Notes under the pieces: generated by a model
What the model saw: only the letters and a program-made list of their open reading frames with translations
Databases searched by the model: none
What the model was told of the DNA's origin: nothing
NCBI GenBank assembly: GCA_951406725.2
Contig: OX597830.1
Location: 58,838,001-58,902,000 of the forward strand
Length of the DNA: 64,000 nucleotides
Reading direction: 5' to 3'
Origin: Octopus vulgaris
Lineage: Eukaryota
Position numbers and translations under genes: made by a program
In this document: one piece after another, positions 23,990 to 36,896 of the stretch
Numbering within the stretch: position 1 is the first letter of the stretch
How the letters are laid out: each line of letters opens with the position of its first letter

Positions 23990-26400
23990 GAATGTTAACT
24001 GTTCAGCCACATTTTCGAATATGCGTAGGATTGCGAGTCTTGGTGTGACTCGTATGACTCATATCCTTTATTAATACCCAATGCTATTTCGCTTCATGCC
24101 ATACATCTTAATTATTTCAGTTTTCAAGTTTCGTACATTTTAGTAATTTATTCCACTTCTTTTCATGTAATCTTTTGTTCAGGATGACTGCTATATCTAT
24201 TAGCGACTGTATTTTCTTTCTAGTCCTCGATTATTACACCTGGATGACTTACCTTCATATTGTCAGTTTGGATACCTGAGTCTCAGATAACTGCAGCAAG
24301 ATGCATTATGCTTGGCTTGTGTTTAACATTCGGTGTTCATTTTTCATATAGAAATGTTGGTAAATGGCTCATCGGACAAATTTGATCGTGTCCTTGTGCA
24401 TATTCGGATTTGGTAAGGATTGGGAACTGCAAAAGATGTTGTCAACCGCATCACTCTAGTCTACACCTGATGCGACCACCTTCTTTTATTATTTTAGTTT
24501 TGTAAATGTTTGCGGTTCGGCATTAGTTTTGCGCAGCTAATATTACACCTGTTCCCAGGGCGGCGAGCGGGCAGAATCATTGGCACGTCGGGCAAAATAC
24601 CTAGCGGCATTTCGTCCGTCTTAAAAAGCTGAGTTCAAATTCCGCAGACGTTGACGTTGCCTTTCATCTTTTCAGATTTAATGAAATAAGTAGCCGTTGA
24701 ACACTGAGACCGATGTAATCCTCCGAAATTGCTGGCCTTGTGCCAAAATTTGAAAAACAATATCCACACCAGTTCCTACTTTTAACCTACAACTTTTCAA
24801 CTGCTAAAAGTCTTCACCGGTTTACTATCAATCCGTCAAGTTTTATAGGGTTTTGCCGATACAATAGTGTTCTCTCTATTTTTGCTTCAATAAATTTTGG
24901 AAATCTATTTTGATGTAATCTGGCTTTTTTTATGTTTCGCTTGTTTAGGCTTCACCTAAATTTATTAGTATAGCGTAGTGGGCTCGCTGTTTGTACTTTG
25001 TCGCTTGCTTATGTAGAGAGAAAAGAGCTTATCAGTCTCGTCTTCCCTTTTCTTCCTTCTAAGTATTATTCTATCTCTAATTTACGTATTAAATCCATTT
25101 ATAATATTCCGTGATATACCTATACACTTCATCTTTCATCAGTAGCCCACGGTTATGTTTTTTAGTTCAGTATCGTTATGAACTTCTGCAGCATCTCTTC
25201 CGCTCTTCTAGAAACAGATTTTTATTTAGTCTTTGCGATATTATTAAGGAAAGTAGGTTATAAGTCTAGATTTTAGGATTAAGATGATTTTTCTCTCAGT
25301 CATGTATTCCTTCCAAAATTCTTCTAATTCTCTCATTCTTGGTGCTTCACTTGCTCTTGGTGCTTCTTTTGGTGTTGGTGCTGTTTTCTTTATCGGAAAT
25401 TCTTGATAAAATCGTTTTGAGTTTCGAATTGTTTCCTTCGTTCAAAGAATACTTGCCATCTATCATACCGAAGGATTCTTTGAAATAAAACTTAGAATTT
25501 TTCTGCCAGTCAGTCTTCGAGGTGTTGTGTTACATTTCTATTTATGAATTGTCTCCCCCCCCTCTCGCTTTCCATTTTTTTGAAAATTTTGATTTTTTTC
25601 CTCTTATTTTTGTTTTCTGAATATTTCTTCCATTATATTTGCTTCGGTTTTGCAATTCATTTACAAGGAGATGTGACGGAGTTCACACTTTCCTTTGTAA
25701 CTGCTGTAAGTTTGTACGAATGGCATCATTTCGCTAAGCTTGAGGATATTGATATTTGTGTTTGTTTTAATCGAGTCTCAAACGGTCAGCTTTGCATTTT
25801 TTAGTTTATTTTTGACTTTCATTCTTGGAAAGTACCTTCGCTGGGTCATATGAATTGTTTATAATTCTTTAATTCTTTCCATATTTATATCAACACTCTT
25901 CCTCATATTCTCTCGTATAATATAATTCACTTGTTTCTGATCAGTTTTCTGTAAGGGTTCTGAGATTTGGTTTTGCCTTCTTTTGGTATTCAGTTGTCCG
26001 ATTTGACTTCTTAGTTCTATTTTCATGGTTTACATTCTCGCTTTTATTATTTTTTTCGTCGTGTTCTGCGATGAATTCTTTCTTTTAACTATTCTATTAA
26101 AACTTCTGATAGTTTCTCGTATTTTTTTAGTTTATGCAATCTGTTGATTTAAATCCGAATTATTTTCCTTACAAATTTTAAATGTGTATATTGTAGCTTC
26201 GTTTTTTAGGGAAAATACCACCAGAAAATATAGAATATGTAGAATAGAAACATATTCCTCTAGTCTCCACTTATATCTTTTCTGTGTGATTTGCAAAACA
26301 TGAGAAACAGAGCCCAGGCCATTATTTAGGCCCTCATTTTTGTCGAGTGCTAGATTGCTTGCTTCCGTTGCATCAAGTTTTGAACGTTTCATAGTTTTGG
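23990..26400 (-). mobile_element. Heavily decayed R4-clade element with N-terminal region and RLE remnants, interrupted by a SINE at about 24555-24760
   Basis: RYKWRLEEY...TFKICKENN at 26132-26392 resembles R4 N-termini. Frameshifted PILTKSEY..HDQ and LIDIAV...LHEKEVE near 24050-24450. Confidence 0.5.
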
Positions 26401-27698
26401 TACTTTTTTGGTATTAGCCCCAAAGTTTAAAGGATTTTTTTTTTTTAGTTTTGTTGAGTTACTATTTTGTTTGTGGTGGATGTGGAGGTGATACGAAACT
26501 TACTCCGGTTGTTTAATGGTATCTTTGAATTGTTTATATTTGTATATAATATACATTTATAAATTTATTTGTTATGTATTGATATTAACTACTTGATTGA
26601 TTTGGTGAGAGTGTTATTGAAGAACGATATTCTAAGGTTAACGTTCTTGCACCAAGAAATTGCCCATATTGCACTCCAAAGAAGGAGGAATCCGGAAACT
26701 TTGAAACTTCGAATCACCAATGACTAGTGGTTATAAAGCAAAAATATGAGAACTGTAATGTCTCGCAGATTCAACAAGAAGCATTTCTTTTACTCCTTCA
26801 AGCTGATTATTGGTCGCCTGAGTGATGCTTAAAGGCAAAAAAATTTGCTCAAAGATGATGCTGATTTTAACAGCTGAGTTATCTTCTGAGCTGCCTGTTA
26901 TTGATTCGTAAATTAATAGTTTGGTACATCACCTGGTACCTCACATATCGGTAAACAATTTATCCTCCTTTTTGGACCGAGAGATTCCACGAAGCCAATA
27001 AAAAGAGAGCACTTGCTGAAGTCTGTAGTCTTAGTGAAGAATCGGTATCTGGAAAGAGAAGGAAGTGCCATCTGGACCACGTAATGCAATGATATCGTAA
27101 AACATGAGATAAATACTAGAGAATCATAGAAACATATGTCAGCCAATATTGGCAAATGGCTTTATTATCGAGTAATTTCAAAAGAGAATACCTTCAAGCT
27201 ATGGCTTCCATTCAAGAGGAAGTATCGTACATATAATCATCATATTTTCAATATCAAAAGAAATTTACATAGTTTTTATTCGAAGATATAATTAAACGTA
27301 AGATCTATGGAGCACTGGAATTAAATACGCGAAAAGCGGGCAAACAACAGGAAAATGAACGCATTATCAGCTAGACTCAACACTGAGAAACAAGGAAACA
27401 ACGAAGATATTTTCATTAAGGCCATTACCATCTCCACTTTGGCAATACAACAAGTTTATATAGAAAATTTGTTACAAGTGCTTTTTTGAGATGGTTGACT
27501 ACGTCTAATGTTTGAAATATTTCCTATATATTTTAGAAAAAAAAATATAGGTTTTACTTCAGAAACTCTAATTACAGCAAGCTGATAATCTAAAAACGCA
27601 TTAACAGATGTTACGATGCCGTAACCAGGAATGCTGCAAAACCGAATCCAAAGCCCCGGTTTTAAATGACGCGTTGATGCTGCTACTGCTGCTGCTGT

Positions 27699-27763
<65 letters not shown>

Positions 27764-27824
27764 TACACGCAAACAATATAATCAAGCATTAATATTTATA
27801 AACAGACACATATATACATATGTA

Positions 27825-27858
<34 letters not shown>

Positions 27859-27896
27859 CATACGTATATATATACATATATATACATGTATATATA

Positions 27897-27950
<54 letters not shown>

Positions 27951-27968
27951 TATATATATATACACATA

Positions 27969-28000
<32 letters not shown>

Positions 28001-28259
28001 CATGTATATATATACTTATATGTACATATATATATAACTATATATACTATTATAACTATATATACTCTTTATTCTTTTACTCTTTTACTTGTTTCAGTAA
28101 TTTGACTGTAGCCATGCTGGAGCACCGCCTAAGATACGGGTATTTTTACGAATTTATTTAAACTTTTTCGAGAAATATGCTTATCTAGTATTCACAGAAG
28201 TGTTATATCTTTTGGGGTAGTAATACATTCTAAATTGAATATTTGGTGAATAAGTTGCT

Positions 28260-28640
28260 TTTTGTCTTTTCAGAAGCTAGGATGTAATATGAGTATGAAA
28301 GTAAAAGTCTTCCACAATAATTTAGACGACTTCTTTGCCGATTTAACGACTGTTAATGAAAAGAAAGGAAAACGTTTCCCCATAAGCATAAAAGCTATGG
28401 AAAAAATGATAGCAAGGATCGGTGGAATACAAATATGAGGATAGGTTATTCGTACCTAATACGAGAACAAAGGGAAGTAGTCAAATTCGACAACCTAAGA
28501 AAACTGCTTCTTTTAGCAATGTACCTGGCGAACAACATTGGGACAACAATGTTGGCAAAAATGGCTAGATTCCCCCATAAAACAGCAAAAATCACTATAT
28601 CAGTATCATATAATAAAACTGCATGAGCCGTTCTGCGATA
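28260..28640 (+). mobile_element. Chapaev-3-like transposase C-terminal remnant
   Basis: FQKLGCNMSMKVKVFHNNLDDF...VNEKKGKRFPISIKAMEK resembles the recalled motif LGCNMSIKVHFLHSHLD...SEEQGERFHQDI. Confidence 0.55.
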
Positions 28641-29149
28641 AATAATAATAATGCACGCTAGTTTACCTTCCGATAAAGACTACGCCTGAAATAAAACATT
28701 TGATCCAACAGGTACATTGAACGGAACTATGAAATCAGAAGGCATCGAAAATCTATATGATCTTGTGAGATTATAATCTTCAATGTACTTCATAAGAAAT
28801 TTACTACTAGAGTATTAGGCATTTACCAGATACAACGGATTGGCAGTGGCAAAAGGCACTAATGATCACGCTTTAAAATACTAAGAAAGGAGAACAGCTG
28901 CATGTTTGGACCCTTAAGTCTTGAAGTATCTATGGCTAAATTAATTAATTACAACGGCCCTTGTTGATGTTACATTAGAGCTTATATAAACCATTCGGAA
29001 ACCCAATGAAAGAACTTTTTCTATTAAGAACCATACCATTCCTCCAATTTTTTAAAAACCTCTGCAACAACAGTAACAGAAGCATATCCAGTTTTATCAG
29101 CGAATTAGGAAATATTCGGAAATGCAGCTCCTACTATAATAATACCACC

Positions 29150-29205
<56 letters not shown>

Positions 29206-29619
29206 AGTCTGTCTGTCTCTCTGTGCCTCTACAGTGCCACCATGAGGAGGCACTGAAGAGGTTAAATTGTGCTGGATCTTGGGGCAGAAGTAGGTAACAG
29301 AAAGAACATGTAGGGACATGTTCTGGCGTTTGGAGGAGGAACAGGTGGGATCCAGCTGTGAATGGCAATTCATCTATGAGATCATTCCGAACAAAAATGA
29401 CGGAATGGAATGGTATGCACACACGCACACACACACATATAAGGATATATAAAAGTATATATATATATATATATATATATATACTTTATTTAAAAGCAGC
29501 AGAAATATAACAAGAGCTGTTACTCGGTTTATTGCTAGCCTCTTGATAATATTTTCACATCGATATTTTCTGTCGCATATTTTTTATTTTGAATTGCAAA
29601 TTCTAATGTGATATTTGTA

Positions 29620-30918
29620 TTGGGTCGGCCACTAAGTTCTTGCGTTTTTTTTTTTTTTACATTTGGGAATTTATTGCGTTTTTAAATTTTGAAATCTATT
29701 TTTTTTCGAGAATTCTATTTTTGAATCATTTTGGAATCTATTTTGTTTTTTCTTTTTCCTAGTTAATTTTATTTAATTTTTATTTATTTTCAGATCATTA
29801 AAATGGAATGTCAAGTTAAGAAAAACGAGCATTTTCGACACCTTGTTTTTGCTTTTAATCAAGGTTCTAAGCCTGTAAAAGCTGTTCGTGACATTTGTGC
29901 GGTATATGGAGAGGATGCCATACCTTAGAAAACCGCTCGTGATTGGTTGCCAAGTTCAAAGATGGGAATTTTAACCTTAAAAACGCAACTCGTTCTGGCC
30001 GTCCAGTTGAGTTCGACGAAGAGCGATCAAACCAACTCTTGCACGAAAATTCTCGTTGAACAACAAGGGAACTGGCAGAGAAAATGGAATGCTCCTACAC
30101 TGCTATAGAGAAGCATCTTCATTCGATGGGAAAGGTTCAAAAGTATGGAGCATGGGTTCCATATGCTTTAAGTGACAACAACAAAAATGAACGAGCGACA
30201 ATCTCCGCTGGTTTGCTTGCTCGTCACCGCTCAACTCATGGACACAAGCAACGATTTCTTTAACGAATCGTTACTGGCGACGAAGAATGGTGCCTGTACA
30301 TCAATATGAAGCAGCGTAAAGAATGGCTTAGCCCCGGTAAACAAGCGACACCGTACATGAAACAAGATCTTCATCCGTGTAAAATGATGTTGTGCATATG
30401 GTGGGACTGGGAAATGATTATCCATTACGAATTGGTTGAATGGAACCAAACGGTCGACGTGGAACTCTATGTTCAACAGATGGAACGACTCAACACAGCT
30501 ATTCAAGAGAAAAGACCTAATCGGCAACGTGGAGTTCTTCTTCTGCATGACAACGGTCGCCCTCATATCGCCAATATGACCAAAGAAGCCATTCAAACGC
30601 ACGGCTGGGAAGTGCTGCCACACCCGCCGTACTCTCCTGATTTGGCACCAACGGATTTCCACCTTTTCGATCTCTTCTAAATGCTATGCGCAGAGTTTCG
30701 TTCAATACTGATGCAGAATTGAGAGCTTGGTTGGATCAATTTTTCGAGTCGAAATCGAATGATTTCTACCAACGAGGTATTGAAAATCTTGTTGAACGTT
30801 GGGAAGAGGTTGTAAACAACAAGGATGAATACATTATTGATTAAATAGTTGTTATTTTTATGAAACATTCTAAAAAATTAAAATTTAAAAAACGGCGTGA
30901 ATTTAGCTGCCAACCTAA
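29620..30918 (+). mobile_element. Full-length mariner, same family as 7966-9228; transposase pseudogene 29803-30844
   Basis: TA on both sides, TIRs, TGDEEW / HDNG / YSPDLAPTDF, with frameshifts and stops. Confidence 0.95.
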
Positions 30919-31638
30919 TATAATAAAGAAATCAAACCTGGAGTGTATGTGTGTGTGCGTGTGTGAGAGAGCGAGGGACAGAGAAACAGAGAGGAAGAGA
31001 GAGCAGGAGAGAGAACATTGCAAACAATGAATGAAATAAACATGAAATGAAAAAAAATATATAAATAAAAGTTCGTTAAAAACTATCTTGTACCGAATAT
31101 TTGAATTTATGAACTTGAAATATTCAATAATAAAAGGAAGTTCAGAAAGTAAATTTTCCTGAAAACTTCAATTCATAAAATATCTCACTTGCTTAGTAAA
31201 TATTTCGTTCAGTAATCTATCTTAGTTTTAATGTATCTTTAATTGAAACAAAGGTAACCCAACTACGTTTACCATGCTAGAAATAGCAGTGATCACATTA
31301 TTGTAAAGCTTTTAACGTTTCAAACAGCCATACCATCAAAATCACTTCTTAATTTAAAAAACATTATATCGGTATATTACAAAATTTTCATTTTATCAAA
31401 AATATTCATAATATATATGAAATTATCATTTTTGAAAATAGAGGCGAAAGAGGGTGAGAGACTGTTGCACATTAAAATCTCGTCTGCAGTGAATGCAACG
31501 AATATTTAAATTTGTGAAAAACTTGTAGTTCAAATATTCAATACACTTCAGAAATGGAAATTAAAGGAAATTTCTTGGAACATGAATTTATGTAAAAATT
31601 TCCAGATGGTCAAGTCTTTAATAATTGTAATTGCTTTC

Positions 31639-32920
31639 TTTTGGTAACCGCAAAGTTCGTGCCGATTTTTAAAGGAAAGAAGAAGGTCTATAAATACTTG
31701 CCATTACATTTTTAATCAACCAAATATGAACCATTTCGTTGCACAATGCGTCTCCATCTTTCCTTTTACTTGAAAATACCCTCTTCCCAGAATTGAGGTG
31801 GTTTCATAGCAAAGAATTAATCAAGGTATCTTTTTACGTCATCCAAGGAATTGAAATGTTTACCTTCAAGACTATTCTGCAGAGACCTGAATAAGTGGAA
31901 ATCCGAAGGAACTATATCTGGTGAATATGAAGGGAGGGGTAACACATCCCAGCCGAGCTGCAGCAATTTTTGTCTGGTTCCCAAAGAAACGTGCGGTCTT
32001 GTATTATCATGTTGGAAGATAACACCCTTCCTGTTGGCCAATTCTGGACGTTTCTCTTGCATTGCTGCTTTTAACTCGTCCAGTTGTGTGCAGTATTTCT
32101 CAGAATTAATTGTCTAGTTACTTGGGAGAAGCTTATAGTACAAAATTCCTTTCCAGTCCCACCGGACACAAAGCAATACTTTTTAGAGTGAAGACCGGCT
32201 TTTGGGGTGACTAAGGGTGGCTCATGTTGCTTACTCCAGGGTCACTTTCTCTGAACATTTCGGTAGATAATCCATTTCTCATCATCTGTCACAAATTGCT
32301 TTAAAAAAGGCGCCTTTTCATTCCGTTTATAAAGCGAATCACTGATGGAAATGCGATCCAAAAGCTTCTTCTCACTCAACTCATGTGGTACCCAAACATC
32401 GTAGCGATTTGTGTACCCAAGGTTTACCAGGTGCTCATGAACGACGGATTTTGATATGTTGAGGCTTTCTGCCAATTCTCGGATTGTGCAATGTGGGTTA
32501 TTCTCAATTAATGACATGATTTGGTCATCATCTGTAGTGGATGGTCTGCCTGATCGCTTTTTATCAATAAGGCTACAATCTCCAGCTCGGAACCTTGCGA
32601 ACCACTTCCGTAAAGTTCGTTCGGATAAAGAAACATCACCGTAAACTGCGCATATTTCTTTCATTGCTTGTGAGGCATTTTTCCTTTTACGGAAAAGAAA
32701 AGCATCAAGTGCCTAAAATGAACTTTCTTATCTTCCATTTAAAAGGGTTACAGAATTAACACAGGTTATAGGAACATAGACCTTCTTCCACGAAAAGATA
32801 GCTTAAACTGTGGTCTAAATGGGGGTGTAGTCAAATCCTATTTCATGGACTCAAACTTGTTCTAAAATAAGTCGAAAGGTAAGCTGCTATTAATCGGCAC
32901 GAACTTTCCGGACAACCTAA
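31639..32920 (-). mobile_element. Mariner of a second family; transposase pseudogene 31712-32738
   Basis: MEDKKVHFRHLML...WVPHEL...TDDEKW...QHDNT...YSPDIVPSDFHLF. TIR core AAAGTTCGTGCCGATT. Confidence 0.93.
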
Positions 32921-33049
32921 TATTTTCTGAATCAAAGATAATACAGAGTTAGCAAAAAATGCAGCAATGACCCACAAAATGTATGTCCTCAAATACCTTA
33001 CGCATCCTGCATATGTATATATATATATTTTTTTTTTATATTCTGTTGT

Positions 33050-33122
33050 GACTCAACCATGTTCTAAAATAATTCGAAAGGTAAGCTACTATAAACCGGG
33101 ACGAACTTTCCGGACAACCCAA
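33050..33122 (-). mobile_element. Solo extra copy of the mariner 5' terminus
   Basis: Diverged direct copy of 32850-32920. Confidence 0.75.
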
Positions 33123-33399
33123 TATATATATAAATATATATATATATACTTTTTAATCCGAGGGGAGGCAATGTGAGCAGCAACTACAAGAACATTACAA
33201 AATCCACAGAAAGATCAAACACATAAATATATTCATATATTCATTTGTATCTACAGAACAGATATAAAGACCAACGTTTAAAAATATATAAAAATATATA
33301 TAGTAATATATAAATATATAAACATCATAAAAAATATATAAATTATTTCATCTTTAATATACATATACAGCTTGCCCACCCAAGTCTGTATATGTATAC

Positions 33400-33432
<33 letters not shown>

Positions 33433-33499
33433 TGTATGTATGTATGTATGTATGTATGTATGTATGTATGTATGTATATATATATGTGTGTGTGTGTGT

Positions 33500-33650
33500 G
33501 TAGTTCAAATTTACTGAAAAAAGGATGAAGACGTTCAGAAACAAGCTCTGGAAGAATAAAAAATTCTTTGACGTTCTGACCCTATGCTCTTCGACAAAAG
33601 GGATTGTTAGGAAAAAAATGGTGAGAGAAAAATGTGTAGGGGTTAACGGT
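33500..33650 (-). mobile_element. PLE-like terminal fragment with a very degenerate hammerhead
   Basis: Minus strand CTTTTGTCGAAGAGCATAGGGTCAGAACGTCAAAG aligns with the motif at 49026-49061. Confidence 0.45.
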
Positions 33651-33661
33651 TCCACATGAAG

Positions 33662-33926
<265 letters not shown>

Positions 33927-34127
33927 GCTAGCTAGCTATCTGTCTATCTATATTTATTTGCATATATGATTGGCCTGTACTGATTGATGCAATACAATTA
34001 GATGCACAATATCCTATCTCCATAGAACAAATGCAGGATGGGTCGAAACGATCGTCGTGCTGAATAGAGATTTGCACTAAATCCATCTTCCGCTTCCTTC
34101 ATCAATTATATATATATATATATTACT

Positions 34128-34310
34128 GTTCTATATTTTAGAGATGAGGAATTATGTACAATGAAAACAGAGTACCCAAGTAGTCAAATGAAAGGTTGGG
34201 TTCGAAATTCCATCACAACACCTGATGAAGGCTGGAGAGTACATCAGCCGAAACGTTGTGATAACAACAAACAAGGTGAGGACCCCTGTCCGTCCATTGT
34301 AAATAATGCA
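34128..34310 (+). mobile_element. H1-related fragment without the tRNA head
   Basis: An inverted copy of the H1 extreme 3' end (34128-34160), then different upstream sequence, then the H1 hammerhead and tail. Confidence 0.75.
34217..34262 (+). ncRNA. Minimal type-I hammerhead motif with intact core
   Basis: CAC-CTGATGA-A-GGCTG[GAGAGTACAT]CAGCC-GAAA-CGTT-GTG. Confidence 0.75.
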
Positions 34311-34329
34311 TATTTATATATTCTTTTAT

Positions 34330-34539
34330 TCTTCTATTTGTTTCAGTCATTTGACTGTAGCCATGCTAGAGCACGACCTTTAGGCAAACAGATCGACCCA
34401 GGACTTATTCTTTGTGAGCCTTAGTACTTAGTCTATCGTTCTCTTTTGTCGAACTGCTAAGTTACAGGGATGTAAACACACCATCATCGGTTGTCAAGCG
34501 CTAGGGACAAACACAGACACACAAACATATACATACACA

Positions 34540-34630
<91 letters not shown>

Positions 34631-34795
34631 CATATATATGTGACGGTCGTCTTCAGCCAAATCTAATCACAAGGCTTTGGTCGGCCGGAGGCTATAGTAG
34701 AATACACTTGCCCAAGTTGTCACACAGTGGACTGAACCCAAAACCACGTGGTTGGTAAGCAAGCTACTTAGCACACAACCACTCCTGCACCTATA
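34330..34795 (-). mobile_element. SINE S2 copy
   Basis: Homologous to 47474-47915, with internal (TA)n(TG)n. Confidence 0.8.
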
Positions 34796-35028
34796 TATAT
34801 GTGTGTGTATGTGTGTGTATGTATATATATATCTGTCTATGTATATATCAATCTATTTATCTATATATGTGTACACATGTACATACACACACACATATAC
34901 ATATACATATATATATATATATATTATACATACATATGTACATATATATATATATACATGAAGAATATATAAATATATATATGTGTGTGAGTGTGTATAT
35001 GTGTTTCAGTCAAATGTATATATGCATT

Positions 35029-35147
<119 letters not shown>

Positions 35148-35231
35148 CCCTTGTATTTGAATACTATGCAAATATTCTTTTAAAAATCTTGTCATTTAAT
35201 TTTTCCAAAATTTAATTATTTTCCATACTTA

Positions 35232-35267
35232 CAGTTGAAAAAGTCCCAATGACTGAAACCGGTACTG
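35232..35267 (+). ncRNA. Degenerate hammerhead motif
   Basis: CAG-TTGAAAA-A-GTC[CCAAT]GAC-T-GAAA-CCGG-TA-CTG. The stems are retained but two core bases are changed. Confidence 0.5.
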
Positions 35268-35327
35268 AAATGTTTTTTATAAAATTATTTTAGCATTTTC
35301 TACCTTGACTTTTTTCCATATATATAT

Positions 35328-35960
35328 GAAATAGTGTACATTTAAACACAAGAGAAAATTGCTTTCAACAGGCAGATTTTACACGCTAGAAGAAGTAGTC
35401 AAAACGACCAAAACCACATTTAAGAGCAATCTTCAAAAGGAATGAAAAATAAAACTTTTACTTTGTTATTTTATTCCGGTCAGACCTAGGTTTCTAAATT
35501 TTTTAGTCGTTTTGGGTCGTTTTGACTACTTCTTCTAGCGGTGGTGAATTTTCAAAAAAAAAAGAGAAAGAAAAACAACGCTCATCACCCTTTTTAGCAA
35601 TTTTAAAAGATTAGTTCGGCAGTCATTCATTTACTGCCGACTGATGCTGCCCTTGCGCGGTGAATTTGAAAAATTATAATGTATAACATAGAGACACGTG
35701 TTAATCGTCTCTTAATTATATGTTAGTGTTATGACGCGGTCACTGATGAAAAATTTCGCCTAGCAAATTATTTTATTTGCTAAAAAAATTTAGAAACCTA
35801 GGTCTCACCGGATTAAGATAACAAGGTAAAAGTTTTTATTTTTCATTACTTTTGAAGATTGCTCTTAAATGTAGTTTTGGTCGTTTTGACTACTTCTTCT
35901 AGCGTGTAAAAGCAGCCTGTTGAAAGGAGTTTTTCTCTTGTGTTTAAATGTACACTATTT
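35328..35960. mobile_element. Foldback or MITE with ~180 bp inverted arms
   Basis: 35328-35507 pairs with 35780-35960. A partial third arm copy lies at 35508-35540. Confidence 0.75.
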
Positions 35961-36040
35961 TATATTTGAAAATATGTTGTCTATTGACTTTTTATACATG
36001 CTAGGCCACTGGTGGTGAATTTTCAAAATTATTCGCCACG

Positions 36041-36088
<48 letters not shown>

Positions 36089-36094
<6 letters not shown>

Positions 36095-36340
36095 GAATGG
36101 AGCTGAACGACGAATTAGCAAAATTCCTTTAATATCATTATCGCTATGGGCTCCGTGTGAGCAATCATCTAAAAGTTTTTTGTGCATTTTAATGTTGACA
36201 TAAGTTCCTTGCTTTTCCTGATAAGAAAGTGGCATAATGTACTCCTTATTCCTTCGCACTTATGAATATGAAGCCTTCGAAACATATCTCGAAAATAAAG
36301 GAATTCTGTTAATTCGTCGTTCAGCTCCATTCTTTCATAT
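36089..36340. repeat. Inverted repeat (~43 bp arms), possibly another PLE-type foldback
   Basis: ATGAAAGAATGGAGCTGAACGACGAATTAGCAAAATTCCTTTA pairs with TAAAGGAATTCTGTTAATTCGTCGTTCAGCTCCATTCTTTCAT. Confidence 0.75.
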
Positions 36341-36497
36341 ATTTATATTTTTAAAATAAACATACAAATTTCCACACGAAAGCACGTAATCTATGCCCTA
36401 GGTACGTAACTTCAACCGTGTTTTTTCTGATGTGAATTTGCTACCCAGGTATCGGTTAATTTGAATTATCCTTAATAAGATAATTCATTCAACTACT

Positions 36498-36539
<42 letters not shown>

Positions 36540-36542
<3 letters not shown>

Positions 36543-36767
36543 TACTGCCCACAAGGGGCTAAACATAGAGGGGACAAACAAGGACAGACAAAGGGATTAA
36601 GTCGATTACATCGACCCCAGCGCGTAACTGGTACTTTATTTATCGACCCCGAAAGGATGAAAAGCAAAGTCGACCTCGGCGGAATTTGAACTCAGAACGT
36701 AACGGCAGACGAAATACTGCTACGCATTTCGCCCGGCCTGCTAACGTTTCTGCCAGCTCACCGCCTC
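36540..36767 (-). mobile_element. SINE S1 copy
   Basis: Same head and body as 1-290. Confidence 0.85.
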
Positions 36768-36838
36768 ACATATATATATATCTTACGCACCCTGTATATT
36801 CATATATATGTAAACACATATAGATATATGCATATATA

Positions 36839-36890
<52 letters not shown>

Positions 36891-36896
<6 letters not shown>

